The notes below the pieces were generated by a model. The model was not told the DNA's origin. It was given only the letters and a program-made list of their open reading frames with translations, and made no database searches. Source: a virus (taxonomy: Duplodnaviria; Caudoviricetes). From it: a DNA stretch of 64,000 bases. Both the position numbers and the translations under genes were made by a program. The first letter of the stretch is position 1. Every line of letters begins with the position of its first letter. Location of the stretch: IMG/VR virus record IMGVR_UViG_3300026549_000040, positions 1 through 64,000 of that record; one strand, written 5' to 3'. Positions 30,156-39,605 of this stretch are shown here, one piece after another.

Positions 30156-30595
30156 TGAAGAATGATTTATCTATAGTAACTCCCATAGAGGATTTAGAAA
30201 ATGAATTACTGAACGCAGATAAGACAGATGATCTTGTAGATATTATAGATCTTTTTAACCTTAATTTACAAAAGAAAAATATCATTAGAAATAAAAAACT
30301 AAGTGATGTTCAAGACAAAGTGGTCGATAGAATGCTTGAAAAAATACAAGATGAACCATGGGAGTTTTCTAATGATGATCTAATAAAATTTCACAAAGTT
30401 ATACAAGATACATTAAAGTCTACAGATACATTAGATAAAGAATCTATACCTACCATACAGGTTAATCAGCAGATAAATGTTTCTGCTCCTGAATTCAATA
30501 GAGAGTCTAGAGAAAAGATTTTATCTGCAGTTAGGGATATACTTAAAAGTAATAATGAAGAATTAGAAGAAGTGGAGACAGTTGATGATAAATAA
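30155..30595 (+). CDS. hypothetical helical protein
   Basis: Coupled ORF. Confidence 0.6.
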   Translation: MKNDLSIVTPIEDLENELLNADKTDDLVDIIDLFNLNLQKKNIIRNKKLSDVQDKVVDRMLEKIQDEPWEFSNDDLIKFHKVIQDTLKSTDTLDKESIPTIQVNQQINVSAPEFNRESREKILSAVRDILKSNNEELEEVETVDDK

Positions 30596-31742
30596 ACTAG
30601 ATAGATTATCTACAGAATCAATAGAAGAATATTGCATGAGAATATGTAGTTTGAAAGATGATTTAGATGTAAGTTGGCAAGACATTGCAGATTTCTTAAA
30701 TGAAAAATGTGGATTTGATTATTCAAAAGATACTTATAGAAAGAGATATTCTAAATTTGCAAGTAGTTATGAAGTAACTGATGAATTACAAAATGAATTA
30801 ATTGAATTAAAGAAAGAAAAAATAAAACTAGCAGAAGAAAGAACTCAGATTAATTCATTAGTAAGATCTATTGCAAGAGAAGAGACATTAAAAGAAATAG
30901 CTGCAGATATAGCTGAGTCTATATCTTCTAAAAAACTATTGGCTAGATCTAAGGGTGTTAATATAATTAGAAACACAGATGTTAAAGGGATTTTAGTAAT
31001 TAGTGATTGGCATTATGGTGTAGAAGTTTCTTCTTATTATAATACTTATAATACAGATATAGCAAAGGAGAGAATAAATAAACTATTAGATGAAAGCATA
31101 CGATTGATAAAGAGTGAACATATTTCTGAACTGTTTGTATTAAACCTTGGTGATATGATATCTGGCATAATACATTTACCTTTAAGATTAAATTCAAGAA
31201 TAGATGTTATAACACAGACAATTGAAGTATCTGAAATATTAGTAGAATTTCTTACAGAGTTAACTAATCATTGTAATATACGATACGGAAGTGTATCAGA
31301 TAATCATTCAAGATTAGATCCTAATAAGAAAGAAGCTCTACAAGTAGAATCTTTTACAAGGATTATAGATTGGTACTTGAAGAAAAGATTAGAAGAAAAT
31401 GAAAATATAGAGTTTTTAGATAATAAGTATGGTGATGATATATGCTCATTTGATATATTTGATTTTAAAGTATTAGCAGTGCATGGAGATAAGGATCCAC
31501 AAAAGAAGATATTAACTCAGTTAGTTAATTTTACACAGGAACATTACGATATTGTTTTATCTGCACATAAACATCACTTCTTTGCTGATGAACAGAATGA
31601 AACAGAATTGTATTCAAATGGTTCTTTAATGGGTACTGATGATTATGCAATTAAACTTAGGTGCAATAATAAGCCATCACAACTATTGATTGTTTGTGAT
31701 AAAGAAAATATATCTAGAAATATTTATAAGATAAAATTGTAA
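30582..31742 (+). CDS. calcineurin-like metallophosphoesterase with N-terminal HTH/coiled coil
   Basis: SDWHYG, LGDMI, DNH, HGD, AHKHH. Confidence 0.8.
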   Translation: MMINKLDRLSTESIEEYCMRICSLKDDLDVSWQDIADFLNEKCGFDYSKDTYRKRYSKFASSYEVTDELQNELIELKKEKIKLAEERTQINSLVRSIAREETLKEIAADIAESISSKKLLARSKGVNIIRNTDVKGILVISDWHYGVEVSSYYNTYNTDIAKERINKLLDESIRLIKSEHISELFVLNLGDMISGIIHLPLRLNSRIDVITQTIEVSEILVEFLTELTNHCNIRYGSVSDNHSRLDPNKKEALQVESFTRIIDWYLKKRLEENENIEFLDNKYGDDICSFDIFDFKVLAVHGDKDPQKKILTQLVNFTQEHYDIVLSAHKHHFFADEQNETELYSNGSLMGTDDYAIKLRCNNKPSQLLIVCDKENISRNIYKIKL

Positions 31743-32295
31743 AAAATAACTATCAATTCATATAATAATACAAAGTCTTTAGGTAAGTCCTTGTGAAAAG
31801 GTAAGTCCTAATGTAAATGTGGAGGAGAAAACAATGAGATACTACAGTGATAAGTTAAAGAAATTATTTGAAAGTAAAGAAGAATTAGAGTCAGCAGAAA
31901 AGGAATTTGAAGAAACTCTTAGAAAACAAGAGAAAGAAAAAGATGAGCTTATTGTTTCTAAAAAGGAGATGGCTAAAGCTATTGAGAAAGCAAATTCTGA
32001 AATTGATGAAGCAAGAGAAAACTACACCAAAGTGTATAAGGAAGCAACAGAACTTGTTAATAAGGCCAAGAAAGAGGCAGAGGAACTTTTAAAGCCTGCT
32101 AAGGAATCAATTCAAGAGGCCCAAAAGAAAAAGTATGATGCTGTAAAAGAATTTAATAAAAAGTACGGAACGTACACAGTTTCCTATACCGGTGAAAAAG
32201 CTTATAATGAATTCAAAAGAAATTCTGACTGGTTTAACGATATGTTTAAAAGATTCTTTTGGTAATTTATAAAGATTAATTTGATAGTTATTTTT
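31742..32295. repeat. 15-bp inverted repeats bracketing one gene, plus 2x AGGTAAGTCCT in its leader
   Basis: AAAAATAACTATCAA (31742-31756) / TTGATAGTTATTTTT (32281-32295); direct repeats at 31781 and 31799. Confidence 0.75.
31834..32265 (+). CDS. coiled-coil hypothetical protein
   Basis: GGAGGAG RBS before ATG 31834; K/E-rich heptads. Confidence 0.75.
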   Translation: MRYYSDKLKKLFESKEELESAEKEFEETLRKQEKEKDELIVSKKEMAKAIEKANSEIDEARENYTKVYKEATELVNKAKKEAEELLKPAKESIQEAQKKKYDAVKEFNKKYGTYTVSYTGEKAYNEFKRNSDWFNDMFKRFFW

Positions 32296-32299
32296 AATA

Positions 32300-32335
32300 A
32301 AAGCTATAGTAAGTATTTCTTGCTATAGCTTTATA
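32300..32335 (+). terminator. intrinsic terminator hairpin
   Basis: AAAGCTATAGTAAG-tattt-CTTGCTATAGCTTT. Confidence 0.65.
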
Positions 32336-32353
32336 TTTATAGAGGGATAAAAG

Positions 32354-33142
32354 ATGAAAACTTTTTTTGTTGTATCAGATGTCCATAGTTTTTATAAAGA
32401 ACTTATGGAAGCACTCAATGACCAAGGGTTCGATATACATAATGATAATCATATATTCGTAAGTTGTGGCGATCTATTAGACAGAGGTCCTGATGCCGTA
32501 AAGTGCCTTGACTTTGTTAATAATCTTCCAGATAATAGGAAGATATTAATAAGAGGTAATCATGAAGATCTGTTGCAAGAAGCAATCTATAGGGGTTATT
32601 TTCAACATCATGATTATCATAATAGAACAAATGATACAGTATATCAATTAACAGGCATTAAACCAAACGATGAAAATAGCTTTGTTAGTGCAGATAGAGC
32701 TGCTTTAATGGATATGAAGTTTAATGGGGATTGGGATACATATATAGATTCTTGTGTTAACTACTATGAAACAAAAGATTATATATTTGTTCATGGATGG
32801 ATCCCAGTAATACAGAAATTTGTAGGATATAATAATGAACTTATGTATGATAAATATTGGAGAGATGATTTTTCTATTTGGGAAGAGGCACGTTGGTTAA
32901 ATGGCATGAATGCGTGGTCAAAGGGAGTTAGGGAACCTAATAAAACAATAGTGTGTGGACATTTCCATTCATCATGGGGACATAGTAATTTACATAATAA
33001 TGGAGTTGAATTTGCAGAAACTGATCAAGGAATACAATCAATACATACTCCATTCTACGATGATGGTATAATAGCAATTGATAGCTGCGTTGCCTATAGT
33101 GGATTTATTAATTGTATAAAACTGGAGGTTGAAGATGAGTAA
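32354..33142 (+). CDS. PPP-family (Ser/Thr phosphatase-like) metallophosphoesterase
   Basis: SDVHS, GDLLDRG, RGNHE, FVHG, CGH. Confidence 0.85.
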   Translation: MKTFFVVSDVHSFYKELMEALNDQGFDIHNDNHIFVSCGDLLDRGPDAVKCLDFVNNLPDNRKILIRGNHEDLLQEAIYRGYFQHHDYHNRTNDTVYQLTGIKPNDENSFVSADRAALMDMKFNGDWDTYIDSCVNYYETKDYIFVHGWIPVIQKFVGYNNELMYDKYWRDDFSIWEEARWLNGMNAWSKGVREPNKTIVCGHFHSSWGHSNLHNNGVEFAETDQGIQSIHTPFYDDGIIAIDSCVAYSGFINCIKLEVEDE

Positions 33143-33479
33143 AAGACACGTAGAAGAATATTATGCAAAGATGTATTCTGATTATAGAGAACTAAAAAAG
33201 GTTTTAGAAGAACTACAGAATACACTAACTGAAGAAGCAGCAAATAGTTATGTTTCTCAAATAGAAAGTATAAAAGAAAAAGTAAGGTTGCTTGAAGCGA
33301 ACTATAAGAGACTTTCATATATTATATTCCTGCTTAATAAACCTAACAGGAAAAAGAAAGAGACAAAATATATACGTAGTGAAAGTAAAAAACTAAATGC
33401 TATACCAGAAAAAGACAGGGAAGAAGCTGTTATTCAAGAAAATAAATCAGTATTGGATGATATAAAAAATATGATATGA
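33135..33479 (+). CDS. hypothetical protein
   Basis: GGAGG RBS; helical ORF. Confidence 0.6.
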   Translation: MSKRHVEEYYAKMYSDYRELKKVLEELQNTLTEEAANSYVSQIESIKEKVRLLEANYKRLSYIIFLLNKPNRKKKETKYIRSESKKLNAIPEKDREEAVIQENKSVLDDIKNMI

Positions 33480-33502
33480 TTGTAATCTTAATGATGTAAT
33501 TT

Positions 33503-33520
33503 ATTGCTAAATTTATTATA
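33503..33520 (+). promoter_or_regulatory. ATTGCTAAAT motif, copy 1 (candidate phage-specific promoter)
   Basis: ATTGCTAAATTTATTATA directly before ATG; also at 47593 and 63131. Confidence 0.45.
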
Positions 33521-33811
33521 ATGGAAAAACAAGTACAAGAGTTATTAAAGAAGCTGAATATAGATTATCCTGTTGAAAAGCAGGGAGAATATTGGGTAGC
33601 TACTTTAGATACGTATGAAGATTTTGTATCTATATACAATAAATTAGAAAAATCTTTAGATGTATTTAAAAATAGTCATGCATCTTTTTTTAATGAGGAA
33701 GATGGACATATACAATATGAAACTGATGATGGATTCATATTAGAGTTAGTTGCAGTACTAGATGAAGATGATTATACACTAAACATCTATAATGATGAGG
33801 AAGAAGACTAA
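33521..33811 (+). CDS. acidic hypothetical protein
   Basis: ORF. Confidence 0.6.
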   Translation: MEKQVQELLKKLNIDYPVEKQGEYWVATLDTYEDFVSIYNKLEKSLDVFKNSHASFFNEEDGHIQYETDDGFILELVAVLDEDDYTLNIYNDEEED

Positions 33812-34503
33812 TGAATGAAAAAACTATATTATCATATAGTGAACTAAATAGGTTAGGAAGAGCACAAGAGATAAGTAGAGAGAATGATGGGGAGCTGTTA
33901 AAAAAGATTACTTCTGACGTAAAGAAAACTATGAGGAAGAATAATCTTGTTTCATTATCAGCACCAGGTATTGGATATAATAAAAGGGTATTTTGTATTG
34001 ACTTCAGTGACAGTGAAATAAAAACCTTTATAAATCCAGTTATAGTCAATAAAACAGAATTAAAACTTGCCAGGGAAGTATGCTCTTCATTACCAGATAA
34101 AGAATATATAGTGCCAAGACACTATGAAGTAGATATTATTTATGAAACACCTACAGGTAAAATAAAAACAAATAGTTTTAAAGATGTTGCTGCTTATGTG
34201 GTGCAACATGAATTAGATCACTTGAATGGTGTTACATTAGAAGATATAGGTCTTGAAGTAGATAGTGATTTTGATGAAGGTACTGAAGAAGAAAGACAAG
34301 AAATTATAAGTATGTATATAGACTCCTTAGGGAAAAGACAAAAATTATTAGATGATGAAATAGAAGAAGATGAAGAATTAAGTACCGTATCTACTAGATT
34401 AAAATTTACAGAGGCCTTAGCAAGTGGTAAAGTAACTTTTGAGAATTTAGAAGAATTAACTAATAAGGATGAAGAATGTACGATAGTACAAAAATTAAAT
34501 TAA
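33811..34503 (+). CDS. def: peptide deformylase (divergent motif 1, acidic C-terminal extension)
   Basis: SLSAPGIG, FINPVI, EVCSSLP, QHELDHLNG. Confidence 0.85.
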   Translation: MNEKTILSYSELNRLGRAQEISRENDGELLKKITSDVKKTMRKNNLVSLSAPGIGYNKRVFCIDFSDSEIKTFINPVIVNKTELKLAREVCSSLPDKEYIVPRHYEVDIIYETPTGKIKTNSFKDVAAYVVQHELDHLNGVTLEDIGLEVDSDFDEGTEEERQEIISMYIDSLGKRQKLLDDEIEEDEELSTVSTRLKFTEALASGKVTFENLEELTNKDEECTIVQKLN

Positions 34504-35411
34504 AAAGAACTTTAAGATGGTTAAAGAATGTTCCTTCTAATGTAGAAGGTTCGAATATACAAGAAAAAGATATAGACTTCGGAGAACCTATATTTGTAGA
34601 TAATAACAATGGTTCAATACATGATTTATCTAAAAAATGTAAATCTTACATAGTAATAGGATCACCAGTAGAGCAGGAAGCAGAACGTAAAGTCAGAAAT
34701 GCAGCTGTATTTAAAGGCTTTTGGGATCCAGATCAATCAGATAAATTAGTTTTCTATAAAAATTCTGATCGAGCTGGATTAATAGATGAAGAAGGAAGGC
34801 CGGTATACGCTGATAAATTAGTAACAACTAATGTTGATTTTGGTGATACTGCTTCTGATAAGTACTACATTCTTTGTCAACCAGATATTAATAAAGCATC
34901 TGGGAATGTTCATTATGGAGATATAAATACTTTTAAAATTCCTGCAACTGGTGAATCTGCAGGACAAAATGGTATTTACGTTACTAATAAGGGTATAATG
35001 CACGGTGCTGCATGGAATGATTATGCTGAGAAGCGTCATGTAAAAACAAATGTTTTTCCTGGTACCGTTGTGTGTGAAGTAGGGGATGGATCACTTGTTA
35101 AGTCTTCTGCAAGACTTCAACCATGTCCTTATGTAGTTACAGATACTTATGGTTTTGTTATAGGTGAAGATAAAGATACACCTGTAGCAGTTGCTGGTAG
35201 AGCTTTAGTTTATATAAGCGCTGAAGAGAGAAATTCTGTATCTATAGGCGATTGTTTATGTGCCGGAGAATATGGTAAAGCTTCTATTATGACAAGAGAA
35301 GAGATAAAAGAATATCCTGATAGGATATTAGGTATAGTAACTGGAATTCCAATGGAAGATAAATGGAATGGAGTTGATGTAAATAACAGAGTGTGGATAA
35401 AAATTAAGTAA
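34476..35411 (+). CDS. protein with C-terminal peptidase-G2/intramolecular-chaperone-like domain
   Basis: AAWNDYAE...PGTVV...PVAVAGRALV...GD.L. Confidence 0.5.
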   Translation: MYDSTKIKLKRTLRWLKNVPSNVEGSNIQEKDIDFGEPIFVDNNNGSIHDLSKKCKSYIVIGSPVEQEAERKVRNAAVFKGFWDPDQSDKLVFYKNSDRAGLIDEEGRPVYADKLVTTNVDFGDTASDKYYILCQPDINKASGNVHYGDINTFKIPATGESAGQNGIYVTNKGIMHGAAWNDYAEKRHVKTNVFPGTVVCEVGDGSLVKSSARLQPCPYVVTDTYGFVIGEDKDTPVAVAGRALVYISAEERNSVSIGDCLCAGEYGKASIMTREEIKEYPDRILGIVTGIPMEDKWNGVDVNNRVWIKIK

Positions 35412-35428
35412 GTTTAATTGGATTATGG

Positions 35429-36022
35429 ATGAATAAGATAAGTTTAAGAGGATATTTAAGAGATATACAGTATTCTCATAATGTTGGTGATATAGAATAT
35501 GAAAAAGCAAATTTAATATGTCCTAATTCTTTTGGCAAAGATGAGGATATAATCTCTCTTAAGTATAAAAAATATTCTAATAAATATAAGGAAGGTGATT
35601 TTATAGAATTAGAAGGTAATTTAAGATCGTATTCTACATCTATAGAAGGAAAAAATTCAGTACAGATTTATGTATTTACTTATTTTGATCTTCCAGATGT
35701 AATATCATCGAATAATACGCAAATAGATGGTAGAGTATGTAAGATGAATGATATAAAAACCACTAACAATGGTAAGAAGTATTTGCACTTTATATTAGCA
35801 AATAATATATTTACAAATAATAACAAGAAGATAAATAATTATATACCATGTACTTGTTATGATGATTTAGCGGAAGAACTTTCTGATTTTGATGTGAATA
35901 CAAAACTTGATTTAAAAGGAGAATTTCATTCACATTATTATAAAAAGTACATTTCTGATGATGAGTTTGAATATAGAATAGCACATGAATTAGTGATAAA
36001 AAGTTATGAAAAACTTGATTAA
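35429..36022 (+). CDS. ssb: tandem OB-fold single-stranded DNA-binding protein
   Basis: NKISLRG...EG.LRSY; second fold DGRVCK...NYIPC...G.FHS. Confidence 0.75.
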   Translation: MNKISLRGYLRDIQYSHNVGDIEYEKANLICPNSFGKDEDIISLKYKKYSNKYKEGDFIELEGNLRSYSTSIEGKNSVQIYVFTYFDLPDVISSNNTQIDGRVCKMNDIKTTNNGKKYLHFILANNIFTNNNKKINNYIPCTCYDDLAEELSDFDVNTKLDLKGEFHSHYYKKYISDDEFEYRIAHELVIKSYEKLD

Positions 36023-36080
36023 CTTATATACATATTGTCATAAATAGTATATAATATTTATGATAAAGGATGAAATAGTT

Positions 36081-36281
36081 ATGAATAACAGAGAATTAGT
36101 TAAAGACTTTTATGGAAAAGTTATAGGTTCTATAGAAACAGTTGGTACTAAACAAATTGCTAGAGACTTTTATGGAAAAGTCTTAGGTAGATATGATAGC
36201 ACAGATAATAAAACAAGAGACTTCTATGGAAAGGTATTAACTCAGGGTAATACACTAATGGGTTTATTGTTTAAAAAATAA
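36081..36281 (+). CDS. small protein with three (R/K)DFYGKV repeats
   Basis: KDFYGKVIG / RDFYGKVLG / RDFYGKVLT. Confidence 0.65.
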   Translation: MNNRELVKDFYGKVIGSIETVGTKQIARDFYGKVLGRYDSTDNKTRDFYGKVLTQGNTLMGLLFKK

Positions 36282-36287
36282 GATGGT

Positions 36288-36833
36288 ATGAAAAGAAAAC
36301 TTGCTGTTGACATTGATAATACTATATGGGATCTTGTTTCTTCTTGGATAGAATACTATAACAATAAATATGATGATAATGTTAAAGCATCTAATATAAC
36401 TAAGTATGCTTTTTTTGATCTTACTAAGAAAGCTACTAAAGAAGAAATGTTTGATATACTATGCGTAGATGATTTTTGGTCTACGGTTAATCCATATAGA
36501 TACTCAGAAGAGTACTTAAGAAAATTAAATAAAGAATTTGATTTATATATAGTAACTAGCACTTCATATAAGACCTCAAGGAAAAAGTTTGAAAGATTTT
36601 TTGAATTATTTCCTTTTTTAGATGAGCATCAGCTAATAATAACTCATCATAAAGAGATAATAGATGTAGATATCATAGTGGATGATTGTCCAATAAATCT
36701 AACCAATACTGATCATATAAGATTTTTAATCAACCAATCTTATAATAAATCAGTTAAGGATGAATCTATTATAAGAGTTAATGATTTACGAGAAGTGTAT
36801 TACTATTTTTTTAACACTAATAATAACAAATAA
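36288..36833 (+). CDS. 5'(3')-deoxyribonucleotidase (NT5C, HAD)
   Basis: AVDIDNTI, IVTS, K...DIIVDD.P.NL. Confidence 0.85.
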   Translation: MKRKLAVDIDNTIWDLVSSWIEYYNNKYDDNVKASNITKYAFFDLTKKATKEEMFDILCVDDFWSTVNPYRYSEEYLRKLNKEFDLYIVTSTSYKTSRKKFERFFELFPFLDEHQLIITHHKEIIDVDIIVDDCPINLTNTDHIRFLINQSYNKSVKDESIIRVNDLREVYYYFFNTNNNK

Positions 36834-36849
36834 GAAGGATGATGACAAT

Positions 36850-37050
36850 ATGATTACTATTTATACAACAGAGACTTGCCCAAAATGTAAAATACTTAAA
36901 AAGAAATTATCTTCTAAAGGTGTGGACTTTGAAGAGATATGGGATGTAGACGTATTAAAAAGTCTGGATATATTTGAAGTACCTGTACTTGAGGTAGATG
37001 GAAAATATTTAGAATTTAGTGAAGCCAATGAATGGGTAAATAATCTGTAA
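36850..37050 (+). CDS. nrdH: NrdH/glutaredoxin-like redoxin
   Basis: IYTTETCPKC, VPVLEVDG. Confidence 0.85.
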   Translation: MITIYTTETCPKCKILKKKLSSKGVDFEEIWDVDVLKSLDIFEVPVLEVDGKYLEFSEANEWVNNL

Positions 37051-37064
37051 AGGGGTAAATAGTA

Positions 37065-38978
37065 ATGCTGATAAATTTAAAACTAAACAAGAATTTTACA
37101 ACTGCTTTCAATAGATTGTCAAATGAATATGGTACTGACATAGTTGAATTAAATGGTTTTTCAGAAGAACAGTTAAGTTGGACAGACTTTCTTGATAATT
37201 TTGTATCTAAAGAAACAGTAGCAGATGCAACTATTGATGGGAATGCAAATATTGGTACTAAAGATATATGCTCTTTAGAAGCTGAGATGAGTAAACCTCA
37301 TAGTAAGCTAATTGCTTTTAATAAGATCTATCAAGAGCTAAACCAGGAATTTGGATTTAAAGTTGCTAATGATTGGATTCAAAATGAATGGGATGGTCAT
37401 TTTTATCTACATGATGCAGCTAGTTCTACTTATAAACCTTATTGTTATGCATATGATCTGGAAAGATTGGTAAATGAGGGTCTTTACTTTATAGATACTT
37501 TTAATAACCAGCCACCAAAGCACCTTGTAACGTATACAGATTTTGTGGGTGAGTTTGTTAGTTGGGCTAGTAATAGAACAAGTGGTGCTTGTGGATTACC
37601 AAGCTTTCTTATATATTCTTTTTATTTCTGGAGGAAAGATATTGAGAATAACTACTTTGTATCTAGTCCCGAAGCATATAGGGACCAGGAATTTCAGAGA
37701 ATTATATATAAATTAAATCAACCATATCTTCGTGTTAATCAATCTGCTTTTACTAACTTTAGTATTTTTGATAGATCATACTTAGAGTCAATTTTTGGTG
37801 GAAAAGAATTTCCAGATGGTACTTTTATTATTGATTATATTGATGATATATTAGAGTATCAGAAATCTTTTATGGAAGTATGTAGTAAGATAAGATCAGA
37901 TAATATGATGACTTTTCCTGTTTTAACTTTTTCTTTATTGAGAACTAAAGAAGGAAAATTTGTTGATGAAGATTTTGCTAAATGGTGCTGCAGACATAAT
38001 ATGAAATGGGCAGATAGTAATTTCTTTATTAGTGACGATATTACAAGTCTAAGCAACTGCTGCAGGTTACTGTCAGATGTAAAAGAACTTGGTTACTTTA
38101 ATTCTATTGGTGGTACATCATTAGAAGTAGGCAGTATTAAAGTTAATACCATTAATCTTGCTAGGCTGTCCTATGAAAATAAGAAAGCTGATTATCTTGA
38201 TGCGCTAAAAGAAAAAGTATATCTGTGTCTACAGACACTTCATATAATTAGAAATATAATTTCTAAAAACGTACAAAGAGGTCTATTACCAAACTATAGT
38301 CATAAACTTATTAATATGGATTCTCAATATTCAACCATAGGTATTATTGGAATATATGAAACTTTACAAAAATATAGAATGGTAAAGAAGGATGAATTAG
38401 GTTATACTTATTATACGGATTCTGGAATTGAATTTGCAAAATCTATCTTCAATGCTATAAATGAAGTTAAGCAGAAGTTTATAGAAGAGAATGATGTAAC
38501 TTATTCCATAAATATAGAACAGATTCCGGGGGAAAGAGCTGCTTCAATACTTATGCAAAAAGATAAGTTCTTCTTCCCGAAAGAAAAGTATGAACTACCT
38601 TTATATGGTAATCAGTGGATTCCACTTGGTATTAAGACTTCCTTAGATGAGAAGATTAAACTCAGTGCTATACTTGATAAGGCTTGTAATGGTGGATCTA
38701 TTGCTCATATTAATATAGAATCTCCATTTAATAATTTTGAAACTGCCTGGAAGATGCTTAATAAAGTAGCTGATTCTGGAGTTGTATACTTTGCTTTCTG
38801 CACAAGAATAAGTGCATGTAAGCATAATCATGGTTTTTATGGGGATGTTTGTCCTGTATGTGGGGAACCTGTAGAAACAACTTATCAAAGAATAGTTGGA
38901 TTTCTAACTCCATGCAAAACATATAGTAAAGAAAGAAAAGAAGAGTTTAAGCTTAGAGATTGGTTTGATGTGAACTAA
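37065..38978 (+). CDS. nrdD: anaerobic class III ribonucleoside-triphosphate reductase (no ATP cone)
   Basis: YLHD...PYC, SNCCRL, EQIPGE, C...H...CPVC, glycyl loop YQRIVGFL. Confidence 0.92.
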   Translation: MLINLKLNKNFTTAFNRLSNEYGTDIVELNGFSEEQLSWTDFLDNFVSKETVADATIDGNANIGTKDICSLEAEMSKPHSKLIAFNKIYQELNQEFGFKVANDWIQNEWDGHFYLHDAASSTYKPYCYAYDLERLVNEGLYFIDTFNNQPPKHLVTYTDFVGEFVSWASNRTSGACGLPSFLIYSFYFWRKDIENNYFVSSPEAYRDQEFQRIIYKLNQPYLRVNQSAFTNFSIFDRSYLESIFGGKEFPDGTFIIDYIDDILEYQKSFMEVCSKIRSDNMMTFPVLTFSLLRTKEGKFVDEDFAKWCCRHNMKWADSNFFISDDITSLSNCCRLLSDVKELGYFNSIGGTSLEVGSIKVNTINLARLSYENKKADYLDALKEKVYLCLQTLHIIRNIISKNVQRGLLPNYSHKLINMDSQYSTIGIIGIYETLQKYRMVKKDELGYTYYTDSGIEFAKSIFNAINEVKQKFIEENDVTYSINIEQIPGERAASILMQKDKFFFPKEKYELPLYGNQWIPLGIKTSLDEKIKLSAILDKACNGGSIAHINIESPFNNFETAWKMLNKVADSGVVYFAFCTRISACKHNHGFYGDVCPVCGEPVETTYQRIVGFLTPCKTYSKERKEEFKLRDWFDVN

Positions 38979-39595
38979 TGAAGATACTAAATATAAAAGT
39001 AGAAGATTTTACAAATTACAAGAAACCAGCTATGTTTATTGGGATGGGTACCTGCAATTTTAAATGTTGTAATGAAGCAGGTATTCCTCATGAAATTTGT
39101 CAGAATTATTTACTTAAAAATGATTATATTGAGTTAGAACCTAAAACTATAGTTGGTAATTATTTAAGTAATACAATAAGTGAGTCAGTAGTTATAGGTG
39201 GGTTAGAACCTTTTGATGATTTTATGAATTTACTCGATTTAGTAGATGAGTTTAGAAGGAATACTTCTGATGATATAGTTATATATACAGGTTATTATCC
39301 ACATGAAATAACTACATACTTATTATATTTATCTGAATATGATAATATAATATTGAAGTTTGGTAGGTTTGTACCAAATAATAAACCTCATAAAGACAAA
39401 ATATTAGGAGTTAATTTAGCAAGTGATAATCAATATGGTGCTAAATTAATAAAAGGGTGTAAAGACATATTAAAAGCAATACATGATAATGATGGGTACT
39501 GCCCATGTAAAATAAATAAAGATGAAACAACTAAATGCTGCTGTGAAGATTTTGTTAAAACAAAAGAATGTATTTGTGGTGCATTTGAAAAATAA
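38978..39595 (+). CDS. nrdG: NrdG radical-SAM activase fused to a C-terminal ferredoxin:thioredoxin-reductase-like domain
   Basis: C.FKC......CQN, GGLEP, IYTGY, KFGRF, LASDNQ; tail GYCPC...KCCC...ECICG.F. Confidence 0.85.
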   Translation: MKILNIKVEDFTNYKKPAMFIGMGTCNFKCCNEAGIPHEICQNYLLKNDYIELEPKTIVGNYLSNTISESVVIGGLEPFDDFMNLLDLVDEFRRNTSDDIVIYTGYYPHEITTYLLYLSEYDNIILKFGRFVPNNKPHKDKILGVNLASDNQYGAKLIKGCKDILKAIHDNDGYCPCKINKDETTKCCCEDFVKTKECICGAFEK

Positions 39596-39605
39596 AGGAA
39601 TTTAA

